NCBI GenBank assembly: GCA_023206055.1 | Contig: CP065366.1 | Location: forward strand, 2,219,385-2,243,384 | DNA from: Vibrio cyclitrophicus | GTDB taxonomy: Bacteria > Pseudomonadota > Gammaproteobacteria > Enterobacterales > Vibrionaceae | Length of the DNA stretch: 24,000 nucleotides | Reading direction: 5' to 3' | Shown: positions 9,635-17,521 of the stretch, in pieces | How positions within the stretch are numbered: position 1 is the first letter of the stretch | Layout of the letters: each line of letters begins with the position of its first letter | Notes under the pieces: model-generated | Database searches by the model: none | Told to the model about the DNA's origin: nothing | Seen by the model: only the letters and a program-made list of their open reading frames with translations | Made by a program: the position numbers and the translations under genes

Positions 9635-9951
9635 ATGAAAGTAAAATCACAAAGGCAATATACAGACGAATTTAAACGAGAAGCTGTTCAGCGATCTCTT
9701 GATTCTTCTGACACCGTTAAGTCAGTAGCACTATCCTTAGGAATATCGCCGGTGCTACTTTCTAAATGGAGATGCCAAATGACGTCGAAGAAGACTAATA
9801 ACTCCCTCCCAATACCTAATCACGGTCCCGAAAATCCGTTGCACAACTGGAGAAAGAGATCCGTCAATTGAAAAAGAAGCTTGAGATTGCAGAGCTGGAG
9901 AATGATTTCTTAAAGGAAGCGAAGGCTTTCTTCGACAGCCAAAAAGAATAA
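9635..9951 (+). pseudogene. IS3 orfA (HTH plus leucine zipper), apparently frameshifted
   Basis: The HTH part (MKVKSQRQYTDEFKREAVQ...LGISPVLLSKWR) runs in the frame that stops at 9869-9871. The leucine-zipper part (SVAQLEKEIRQLKKKLEIAELENDFLKEAKAFFDSQKE*) is in the -1 frame and ends at 9949-9951. The two join seamlessly if the A4 tract at 9831-9834 were A5. Confidence 0.6.
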
Positions 9952-9980
9952 GGTTCGAGTATATCCTTAAGAAGGCCAGT

Positions 9981-10808
9981 GTGAAGTTTCCTGTCATTCG
10001 ACTATGCAAATGGTTAGGCGTTTCTAAAGCGGGTTATTACAAGTGGCTAACAAGGAAACCATCGAAGCGAGAGACAGACAATGAGTCTTTAAGTCACTAC
10101 TTGAGGAGAGAAAGCAAAGCTCAGTATTGTATTCCAGGCTATCGAAAGCTTTGGGAAGCAGCAGTCGCTAACGGCTTTATTTGCAATAAAAAGCGAGTAC
10201 AGAGGCTTCTACAGAATATGGGCTATCGCTCTTGCGCGAGTAAGAGGCGATATGGACGAGCGCCAAGACAAAATGCGCTTATACCAGCCTATAACATTCT
10301 TGCCCGTCAATTTAAGGTGGATAAACCCGATCGAGTTTGGGTGTCTGATATAACTCAGGTGCGCTGTACGGATGGCTGGCAATACCTGTGCGTCGTCTTA
10401 GATTTGTTTTCACGCAAAGTGATTGGTTGGTCGACAAGTCGCATTAATAACGCAAAGTTAGTGCTTAGAAGCCTGAATAAGGCTTGGGAACAAAGGCAGC
10501 CCTTAGGTCACGAGCTTTTGTTTCACTCCGATCAAGGTATACAGTATCGAGCGTTGGAGACGATCCGTTGGCACCGTAAACGAAAGATTAAAGTCAGCAT
10601 GTCGAGAAAAGGAAACTGTTGGGATAACGCTTGTTCCGAAAGCTTCTTTGCGCAATATAAGAAAGAGTGGATGAACAACTTAGATCAGCTTTCACGACAA
10701 GAAATGACGATGCAGAGTCGCATTTATATCGATACCTATTATAATCCAGTAAGAAGACATGGGACTCTAGGTGGAGTGAGTCCCATAGACTTTGAACTAA
10801 TCAACTAA
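9981..10808 (+). CDS. IS3 orfB, DDE transposase/integrase core (normally made as an OrfAB fusion)
   Basis: DDE residues in VWVSDIT, HSDQGIQY and NACSESFF. The frame is open from 9939 (PKRIRFEYILKKASVKFPVIRLCKWLGVSKAGYYKW) and is -1 relative to the orfA zipper frame. A slippery-like CCAAAAAG lies at 9939-9946. Confidence 0.9.
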   Translation: MKFPVIRLCKWLGVSKAGYYKWLTRKPSKRETDNESLSHYLRRESKAQYCIPGYRKLWEAAVANGFICNKKRVQRLLQNMGYRSCASKRRYGRAPRQNALIPAYNILARQFKVDKPDRVWVSDITQVRCTDGWQYLCVVLDLFSRKVIGWSTSRINNAKLVLRSLNKAWEQRQPLGHELLFHSDQGIQYRALETIRWHRKRKIKVSMSRKGNCWDNACSESFFAQYKKEWMNNLDQLSRQEMTMQSRIYIDTYYNPVRRHGTLGGVSPIDFELIN

Positions 10809-10840
10809 ACCCCTGTGTCTACTTTTTAGGGGCCATATCA

Positions 10841-10864
10841 CTATTGGCTATTGGCTATTGGCTA
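10841..10864. repeat. Right part of the (GGCTATT)n heptamer array
   Basis: CTATTGGCTATTGGCTATTGGCTA. Deleting the IS and one CTAT copy rebuilds an in-phase (GGCTATT)4-GGCTA array. Confidence 0.9.
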
Positions 10865-10899
10865 AAGCAAACAACTCATAACTATTCAGAACAACAGTG

Positions 10900-11250
10900 T
10901 TAAATTGCGCTTGGCACCAAACGCGTCCAACCTAGCAGTAGCATCGAAGCACATAACACCCACACTAAGGTTGCCAACGAGAGTGTCGATACCAAGTTAT
11001 AGCGATAACTGAACACATACACTGCGCCAAGATAAGCGGCGTATGGCACAAGTGAAAACAGGCCAAACAACGCTGTGGTACGCAACTCGACCATGGTTTG
11101 TTCCGTGCCGACAATGTAGTGAGCAATCAGAGCAAAGGTCGGAAACAGCGGCACTAAACCAGAGATATAAAAGCTCTTACTTTTCGACAACAGAGCAATT
11201 AATAAAACCGCCGCTGCACCTAGCAAACATTTAAAGAACAGTGAAATCAT
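10900..11250 (-). CDS. glpM: GlpM-family small membrane protein
   Basis: 116 aa with 4 hydrophobic segments. The core GLVPLFPTFALIAHYIVGTE...LRTTALFG matches my recollection of Pseudomonas GlpM (GLVPLFPTFALIAHYIVGSE...LRTT). Confidence 0.75.
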   Translation of the reverse strand: MISLFFKCLLGAAAVLLIALLSKSKSFYISGLVPLFPTFALIAHYIVGTEQTMVELRTTALFGLFSLVPYAAYLGAVYVFSYRYNLVSTLSLATLVWVLCASMLLLGWTRLVPSAI

Positions 11251-11317
11251 TTCAATACGTTATCCAAACATACTAACCAACAAAAGGTTCTAGAGGGTAA
11301 ACTCATATAGCGCCCAT

Positions 11318-11350
11318 AAAAACGCCACACGTCACATATGCACGTGTGGC
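11318..11350 (-). terminator. Intrinsic terminator of the GGDEF gene
   Basis: Stem GCCACACGT (11324-11332) / ACGTGTGGC (11342-11350). A5 at 11318-11322 gives a T5 tail on the minus strand. Confidence 0.75.
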
Positions 11351-11378
11351 TTATTAAGTGATCAAAACAATTTTTAGA

Positions 11379-12674
11379 TTAGTGACTCAAGATCACTTGA
11401 TTTCTACCTGAATGCTTCGCTTGATATAAAGCTTCATCAGCGCGGGCAATGGTCTCTGTCACTCGTTCTTGCTTCATCTCGGCAACACCAATACTGCATG
11501 TCAGTGGATCGCCATGAACCCAAAGGTGTTGGCTGACTAAAAGTCGAATTTTCTCGGCCTTCCTTTGTGCTTCGCCAAGATCAGTCTCAGGGCAAAAAAC
11601 AATAAATTCCTCGCCGCCCCAACGAACCAACTTGTCGGTAGCGCTGATCGAGCTGCCCACCACCATGCTGAACTCACGTAATATATGGTCACCCATTTGG
11701 TGCCCGTATTTATCGTTCACACTCTTGAAGTAATCAATATCGAGATAGAGCATACTCAGCTTACCGTGGCCTTGCTTCACGTATTGTGACTGCATTTTCA
11801 ACCAATCACGAATCGCGTGTCGGTTGAGTATTCCTGTTAACTCATCACGATGGGCCATCTCTGAAAATTCAAAGTTTTGTTCTCTCAGTGCCCGATTGAC
11901 GTTCTTCAAGTGATGATGTCTTTTCTCTGCAATCACCATGCGCTTTCTTGATCTGTGCAACTCTGAAAGCAGGAACACAGTGCCCGTACCTACCCAAACA
12001 AACAGCAAGATCATAAACAAGCTTTCACCCGTGATATACGAGCCTTCGAATTCAATACTTCGTATGACGATTCTGTGGTGACCGAGTTTCGCTCCAGACG
12101 CAGTAGCAAACTCGACCATATTCACGTTCGAATACTCAGGGGCAGAGTGCTCTAACGCAATATCGTTATCAGCCAACCACCATGTCATCACTTGCAGGTT
12201 TTTGATCGGAATCTCAATCACACCACCATCAATTCCTGGAGAAAATTCCATCCCGTTGTACTTGTGCGTGTACTCGTCATCAGGAACCGAATAAGCAGGG
12301 TTGTAGTTACGTAGGTAGGTTCTCAAACGACCGCTAGAGTCAGCCTCTGCATGGTAATCAATGTTCACTCTAAAGGTGTGATATTGGGAAAGATCAAGAC
12401 CTTCGGTAATGTCAGGGGTGATTCGAATCGATAAGCCGCAATAAGGCCACGGATACTCGGATTCTTTAAGTTCACACTCGAGAATGTACTGCCCATTTTC
12501 ATAAAAAAACTGGGATGTACTGATTCCCCTATCAACTCGATCGCTGGTCGCGATAAATTCATATTTATCAGGGGTAATTGCCGTTATCACACGATTTCCG
12601 CTCACACGGTAATACTGCACAATGGCAAGCGTTGCGATAACTAGAAAGATAACAATCTTATGGATCCACTTCAC
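11379..12674 (-). CDS. Membrane-anchored diguanylate cyclase (periplasmic sensor domain plus GGDEF)
   Basis: 431 aa. It has an N-terminal TM helix (IVIFLVIATLAIV), a domain of about 190 aa between it and the second TM helix (LFMILLFVWVGTGTVFLL), then a GGDEF domain (DELTGILNRH, LDIDYFKSVND.YGH..GD, active site GGEEF). Confidence 0.9.
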   Translation of the reverse strand: MKWIHKIVIFLVIATLAIVQYYRVSGNRVITAITPDKYEFIATSDRVDRGISTSQFFYENGQYILECELKESEYPWPYCGLSIRITPDITEGLDLSQYHTFRVNIDYHAEADSSGRLRTYLRNYNPAYSVPDDEYTHKYNGMEFSPGIDGGVIEIPIKNLQVMTWWLADNDIALEHSAPEYSNVNMVEFATASGAKLGHHRIVIRSIEFEGSYITGESLFMILLFVWVGTGTVFLLSELHRSRKRMVIAEKRHHHLKNVNRALREQNFEFSEMAHRDELTGILNRHAIRDWLKMQSQYVKQGHGKLSMLYLDIDYFKSVNDKYGHQMGDHILREFSMVVGSSISATDKLVRWGGEEFIVFCPETDLGEAQRKAEKIRLLVSQHLWVHGDPLTCSIGVAEMKQERVTETIARADEALYQAKHSGRNQVILSH

Positions 12675-12977
12675 GTCTAAGCTTCCGGCTTAATATCCCT
12701 ATAATTGGGACTTCATGATAAAAAATAAGTTGAGAGAATTAGTGATCTTAATGCCAATAATCCACTAAAAAACGTTATATCACGCCCGAACAAAATGTCA
12801 TACTATATTTTTATGCAAGTGCATGCTGTTGATTATTCACGTCGAGAATCAAGTAATATTGCGTATAAAAACAGGTCCTATTTGTTATACTCATCGCATA
12901 ATCATCGTTAACCGTATCGCCTGCTCACAAGGCGAACGAGTGGGCGAAATAATAATCAAAATACAACGAGTAATGTC

Positions 12978-13802
12978 ATGTCTTTATTAGCAAAAGGAAC
13001 ACTCAAGAAGATGAGTGCTTCCCTTGATGGTGCGGTTACTTACCGTTTACCTGTAGGTGAAGAGTTTGTAGAACTAAACCCTCTGATTGGTAAAACCATC
13101 AACCTCACCCATACTGGCAATATTTTTTGTTGTTCGTGTGGTAAGAAAACCAAGAAAAGCTACTCTCAAGGCCACTGCTTTGTGTGCATGAGAAAGCTAG
13201 CAAGTTGCGACATGTGCATCATGAAGCCAGAGACTTGCCACTACGATGAAGGTACTTGTCGTGAGCCTGAATGGGGCGAAGCGAACTGCATGGTTGATCA
13301 CTTCGTTTACCTGTCGAACACATCAAGCCTTAAAGTGGGTATCACTCGTCATACTCAAATCCCGACTCGCTGGATCGACCAAGGTGCCACTCAAGGCCTG
13401 CCAATCTTGAAAGTGAAAACACGTCAAATTTCTGGCCTGATCGAAGTTGAATTAGCAAAACACATTGCTGACAAAACCAACTGGCGCACGCTGCTTAAAG
13501 GCGACGGCGACGATATGGAATTGGTAGAAAAAGCCAAAGAACTGTTGCCGTTGGTTGAGGATAAAATCCAAGAGATCAGAGCGAAGTTTGGTGATGATGC
13601 TATCGAGATTCTTAGCGAAAACATCACTTCATTGAGCTACCCAGTAGAACAACACCCAGTGAAAATTGTATCGCACAACTTTGATAAGAACCCTGAAGTG
13701 ACGGGCGTACTTCAAGGCATTAAAGGCCAATACCTAATCCTAGATACTGGTGTGATTAACATCCGTAAATTTGGCTCTTACGAAGTAGAAGTGTCTGCAT
13801 AA
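12978..13802 (+). CDS. Cys-rich conserved hypothetical protein, DUF2797-like
   Basis: 274 aa with ten Cys between residues 51 and 104 (CCSCG, CFVC, CDMC, ...). The overall pattern resembles what I recall of the DUF2797 family of gammaproteobacteria. The family label comes from memory, not from a search. Confidence 0.8.
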   Translation: MSLLAKGTLKKMSASLDGAVTYRLPVGEEFVELNPLIGKTINLTHTGNIFCCSCGKKTKKSYSQGHCFVCMRKLASCDMCIMKPETCHYDEGTCREPEWGEANCMVDHFVYLSNTSSLKVGITRHTQIPTRWIDQGATQGLPILKVKTRQISGLIEVELAKHIADKTNWRTLLKGDGDDMELVEKAKELLPLVEDKIQEIRAKFGDDAIEILSENITSLSYPVEQHPVKIVSHNFDKNPEVTGVLQGIKGQYLILDTGVINIRKFGSYEVEVSA

Positions 13803-13860
13803 CTTTTAGAACTTAAGCGTTTCTCATCGTGAGAAGCGTTTAGTTAATAGCCAAAAACTC

Positions 13861-13894
13861 AAATGCCCTCAAGTGATGACTTGAGGGCATTTTT
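13861..13894. terminator. Bidirectional intrinsic terminator
   Basis: Perfect 14-bp stem AAATGCCCTCAAGT (13861-13874) / ACTTGAGGGCATTT (13879-13892) with loop GATG. The T-run overlaps the 3' end of the stem (13890-13894) and A-rich sequence lies upstream. It sits between convergent genes. Confidence 0.9.
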
Positions 13895-13935
13895 CGTTGT
13901 CGATTCTATTCGCCATTGGATAATGGTTATAAGCG

Positions 13936-15186
13936 TTAAAGCGCAACTACATCTCCGTCTACACAATTCTTGCCATTGGCTTTCGCGCGATAGAGAGATT
14001 GATCGGTTAAATTCACGAGTGCGTCAATCGTTACACCGCCTTCACAGGCTTGGCTATCACTGATTCCGATACTGACACTCGAATTAAATCGAATCTGTTC
14101 ATCGATTTTGAACTCGACTTGATGGAACTGTTGGCGAACCTGTTCAGAAACCTCATGCGCTGTTTCAAGAGACGCATTTGGGATAAATATAATAAACTCT
14201 TCACCACCCCAACGGCCTGCTACTCCGCCGACTTTCTCGGCATTGCGCTTGGTAATATTAGCCAAAGCACAAATGACTTCATCACCAACCATATGGCCGT
14301 AAGTATCATTAATCGACTTAAAATCATCGATATCCAGCAGCATACACACAAGGTAGTTGTTAGAGGACATGTGCTCTCTCAGCCACTCATAAATCGCTCT
14401 GCGGTTAAGTAAGTTAGTCATTTCATCGTAGTTCGCTTGGTGAACCAACTGCTTTTCCAACATCACCTTTTGCGTCACATCTTCGAGAACAACCTGAACA
14501 GCGGGCAGACCTTTCCAAGTAATCGCATTGTCGTAAATATTGAAGAACCGATGAACGCCATCAAAGCCAATGTTTTCAACCACAGTACTCGTTCCGGACA
14601 ACTCCCCCGAAACGATCGCTTGATAGTGCTTGCTAATGCCATCGGTATTCTGTTTTGGCACCAGTTCAAGGATAGAGTCCAACTCTAATACTTGCTCAAT
14701 GGAAGAACCACCCTGCATTTTAACCCACGATTGATTGACCATCAGCGGTTTGAACTCTCGGTGAACCAAGATGCCCTGCCCTGATTGCATGATCATATCG
14801 TGATACATCTTATCTTGTTCACGCACCGCATTTTGTAGCTGAATCGCAGGGGAAAGATCGATCACCGTGACTTGCAGTGCTGGCCGACCTTGCCACTCTG
14901 TCACATGGTCAATAGAGAACACTGTGAACTCTCGACCATTGCGATCAACATTAACATAGGTGTGGACCTGCGGATCGCGTTGACCACTGATCGTTTCAAG
15001 GTAATTTTGATAGGCTAAAACATGGTATTCTTCTGAGATTAGATCTAGGAAGCTATCTATATTAGTAAGTAGTTCTTCGGGTGATTGGTATCCATAGATG
15101 CGAGCATAATTAGCGTCAACACTAACTACATTCATATCTTGAATAGTTATTACACCGTACGTGGATTCGAAATTTATTGAAGACAT
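13936..15186 (-). CDS. Cytoplasmic PAS-PAS-GGDEF diguanylate cyclase
   Basis: The GGDEF domain carries NLLNRRA, LDIDDFKSINDTYGH.VGD and GGEEF. Two PAS-like repeats lie upstream. The ORF extends to 15267, but the ATG at 15186 (MSSINFEST...) has GGAG 6 nt upstream and is the more likely start. Confidence 0.9.
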   Translation of the reverse strand: MSSINFESTYGVITIQDMNVVSVDANYARIYGYQSPEELLTNIDSFLDLISEEYHVLAYQNYLETISGQRDPQVHTYVNVDRNGREFTVFSIDHVTEWQGRPALQVTVIDLSPAIQLQNAVREQDKMYHDMIMQSGQGILVHREFKPLMVNQSWVKMQGGSSIEQVLELDSILELVPKQNTDGISKHYQAIVSGELSGTSTVVENIGFDGVHRFFNIYDNAITWKGLPAVQVVLEDVTQKVMLEKQLVHQANYDEMTNLLNRRAIYEWLREHMSSNNYLVCMLLDIDDFKSINDTYGHMVGDEVICALANITKRNAEKVGGVAGRWGGEEFIIFIPNASLETAHEVSEQVRQQFHQVEFKIDEQIRFNSSVSIGISDSQACEGGVTIDALVNLTDQSLYRAKANGKNCVDGDVVAL

Positions 15187-15536
15187 TGCCAACTCCGCAC
15201 TCTCGCTACACTCCACAAACTGGAGCATAACAACACATCCTGCCAACGCTTCCACACAATCTTTCACGCGTTAGGGGCATTAATATGGTATCTAGTATAT
15301 CGTACTGCTACAGGCTTCTCTACAATTCTATCGCTAACACGAGTCACTAAAAGTAGACAAGTATCTCAATCCTATTACTCGCGTCAAAAAACAAAAAAAG
15401 ATAACGTATATCTATGTAAGCGTTAGCTTTTCTGTTTTCCGCTTTAAAGTAGGTAGCTAGAGCTAATCACGACTCTTTTCAAATCCTTTTATTATTCACT
15501 TCTATCTTGTTGGCTGTTAGCTTGAAACCTTGTCGG

Positions 15537-16421
15537 TTATTCATTCCAATCCGAAAAGTAAGCGACTAAGAAGTCGATCGCCAATCTTGCTCTCTGGGGT
15601 AAAAAACGACGGTTTTGATATACGACCCAACTGCTGGTTCCCGCTCCCCAATACTCTTCAAGCACCGGGACCAGTTTTCCATTACTAAGACCGCCATTGA
15701 AGCTGCTTTTGGGTAGGTAGACAACACCAAGCCCCTCTTCACATGCTTTCAGTACTGCGCTCGAATTGTTACTGCGCCAGCGCCCATGCACTCGTACTGC
15801 ATTTAACGGTTTACCCTCTTTCTCAAACAGCCACTGATCACTGTTGGCAATAATACAACTGTGCAACTTCAACTGCTCAGGCTGGGTTGGAGAACCAAAT
15901 TGATCGATGTAATCCTGACTCGCGGCCGCTGCCATCGGACGATCCACCAGCTTCCTTGCCACCAAACCAGAATCATCTAACCGACCATAACGAATCGCGA
16001 AGTCGATACCATCTTCGATGAAGTTAACCATGTTGGTATTGAAGTTCATTTCGATGGTGAGATCAGGGTGATCTTTGGCAAATTCCATTAGCGCCGCCGC
16101 GACATGATTTTCTGCAAACGCACCCGCCGCACTCACGCGTAAAGTACCACTCAGCTGAGCTTGTTGAGACGTGACTTGTTCATTCGCCTGTTGCAGCCCG
16201 ATAACCAGATCTTTGCATTGCTGATAATAGGTATGCCCAGACTCGGTCAAACTCACCATACGAGTTGAACGCGCCAACAACGCCACGCCTACCCGTTCTT
16301 CTAGTCTCGATACTTGGCGGCTGACATGGCTGGTGCTGCAACCCAATTGTTTCGCTGCCGCGGAAAAGCCGTGGCATTCGGCTACCGCAACAAACTCATT
16401 AATCCCTTCAAAGCTATCCAT
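15537..16421 (-). CDS. LysR-family transcriptional regulator
   Basis: 294 aa. The N-terminal wHTH FVAVAECHGFSAAAKQLGCSTSHVSRQVSRLEERVGVALLARSTR is classic LysR. It is divergent from the DJ-1 family gene. Confidence 0.9.
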   Translation of the reverse strand: MDSFEGINEFVAVAECHGFSAAAKQLGCSTSHVSRQVSRLEERVGVALLARSTRMVSLTESGHTYYQQCKDLVIGLQQANEQVTSQQAQLSGTLRVSAAGAFAENHVAAALMEFAKDHPDLTIEMNFNTNMVNFIEDGIDFAIRYGRLDDSGLVARKLVDRPMAAAASQDYIDQFGSPTQPEQLKLHSCIIANSDQWLFEKEGKPLNAVRVHGRWRSNNSSAVLKACEEGLGVVYLPKSSFNGGLSNGKLVPVLEEYWGAGTSSWVVYQNRRFLPQRARLAIDFLVAYFSDWNE

Positions 16422-16474
16422 ACTTCACCTGTTAACGTCTAACGAATTCACATTCGACTAATTCACATCTGACT

Positions 16475-16490
16475 ATTGCTATATAGCAAT
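16475..16490. promoter_or_regulatory. Perfect 16-bp palindrome, a candidate LysR-type operator
   Basis: ATTGCTATATAGCAAT is its own reverse complement. It lies 54 bp upstream of the LysR start, in the 239-bp divergent intergenic region. Confidence 0.5.
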
Positions 16491-16660
16491 AATGTTTTGC
16501 CTATTCGGCATATTATCACTCAAATGGTTTGCTACTAGTATTACAGGTAATGAAACAGCGGCATCTAAATTGAAAACTTTGGTTTTCTAAATAAAAACCA
16601 CGATGCCTAAAGAAAAACCACAACGCTGAAACCAAACAAACGTGCTCAAAGGGACGAATC

Positions 16661-17332
16661 ATGAAAAAAATACTAATACCTGTAACTAACCACGCAACAC
16701 TAGGCGATACAGATCAAGCGAACGGTACTTACGCACCTGAACTGACTCATGCTCTGAAAGAGATCATTGCTGCGGGTTTTGAGTACGACATCGCGTCTAT
16801 CAAGGGTGGCAAAGGCCCATTGTACGGAACCAATATTGAAGGGGATTCAGTAAACGCCGAGATCTTGGCTGATGATGACTTCCAGAACCGCATTAATAAC
16901 ACGATTCCTGTAAGCCAAATTAACGTAGAAAGCTACGATGCTATCTTCTACCCAGGTGGATTCGGCCTACTTTCTGACTTAGCAACCGACGAGCAATTCG
17001 CAGCGATTGCGGCTAAGCACTATGAAGATGGCGGTGTGATCGCATCTGTATGTCACGGCCCAGCAGCACTGCTTCCGATTGTCCTAAGCAACGGCGAGAA
17101 GCTATTGAGCTCTAAATCGGTGACTGGCTTTACACGCGAAGAAGAGATCGACTTTGGCACAATCAATGACATTCCGTTCTTATTGGAAGAGTCTCTTGCT
17201 CGCAGCGCAGCGCGTTTCAATAAGGTTCAACCTTGGCATGAGCTTGTAATTGTTGATGAGCGAGTGATTACCGGTCAGAACCCAACCAGTGCGCACGCAG
17301 TAGGTGTAGCCCTCGTTAAGCAGTTGTCTTAG
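16661..17332 (+). CDS. DJ-1/PfpI (Hsp31-like, class I glutamine amidotransferase-like) family protein
   Basis: 223 aa. The nucleophile elbow SVCHGPAAL and the motif IFYPGGFG are typical of the Hsp31/DJ-1 superfamily. Confidence 0.85.
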   Translation: MKKILIPVTNHATLGDTDQANGTYAPELTHALKEIIAAGFEYDIASIKGGKGPLYGTNIEGDSVNAEILADDDFQNRINNTIPVSQINVESYDAIFYPGGFGLLSDLATDEQFAAIAAKHYEDGGVIASVCHGPAALLPIVLSNGEKLLSSKSVTGFTREEEIDFGTINDIPFLLEESLARSAARFNKVQPWHELVIVDERVITGQNPTSAHAVGVALVKQLS

Positions 17333-17425
17333 TTCAATCACGGCTTAATCGAGTGGCGGTTTTAGTCTTAGTAACCGTCCTAACAGAATAACTACCGTTA
17401 AACAGATATAAGTTCATGAAACAAA

Positions 17426-17476
17426 AAGAGCACACTTCCTACTCAATATTATTGAGAGAAGTATGCTCTTTTCTAA
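17426..17476. terminator. Bidirectional imperfect terminator hairpin
   Basis: AAGAGCACACTTCCTACTCAAT (17426-17447) pairs imperfectly with ATTGAGAGAAGTATGCTCTT (17451-17470). An A-run precedes it and TTTCT follows. It sits between convergent genes. Confidence 0.7.
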
Positions 17477-17521
17477 TTCTGTAGCTATTAAGTGCTAGTG
17501 ACTTCTCGCTAATTACTTCTG

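Larger units (their letters stand above)
9587..10840 (+). mobile_element. IS3-family insertion sequence (1254 bp)
   Basis: Terminal inverted repeats TGATGTGACCCCATAAAAGTAGACAC (9587-9612) and the reverse complement of 10815-10840, TGATATGGCCCCTAAAAAGTAGACAC, are 22/26 identical with TG...CA ends. The orfA/orfB layout has a -1 frame offset, orfB encodes a DDE transposase, and a 4-bp CTAT duplication flanks the element (9583-9586 and 10841-10844). Confidence 0.9.

Noticed and set aside
9755-10009. An 84-aa minus-strand ORF inside the IS3 element.
   Set aside because: It is antisense to the orfA/orfB junction and has no known counterpart in IS3 elements. It is probably a chance frame.
13863-14063. 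A 66-aa plus-strand ORF that starts inside the 13861-13894 terminator hairpin.
   Set aside because: It begins inside a terminator stem and then runs antisense to the 3' end of the GGDEF gene. It is not credible as a coding sequence.
15187-15267. A 27-codon N-terminal extension of the PAS-GGDEF ORF (MKDCVEALAGCVVMLQFVECSESAELA).
   Set aside because: The internal ATG at 15186 has a well-spaced GGAG. The extension is Cys-rich, has no ribosome-binding site, and is unlike the N-terminal cap of a PAS domain.
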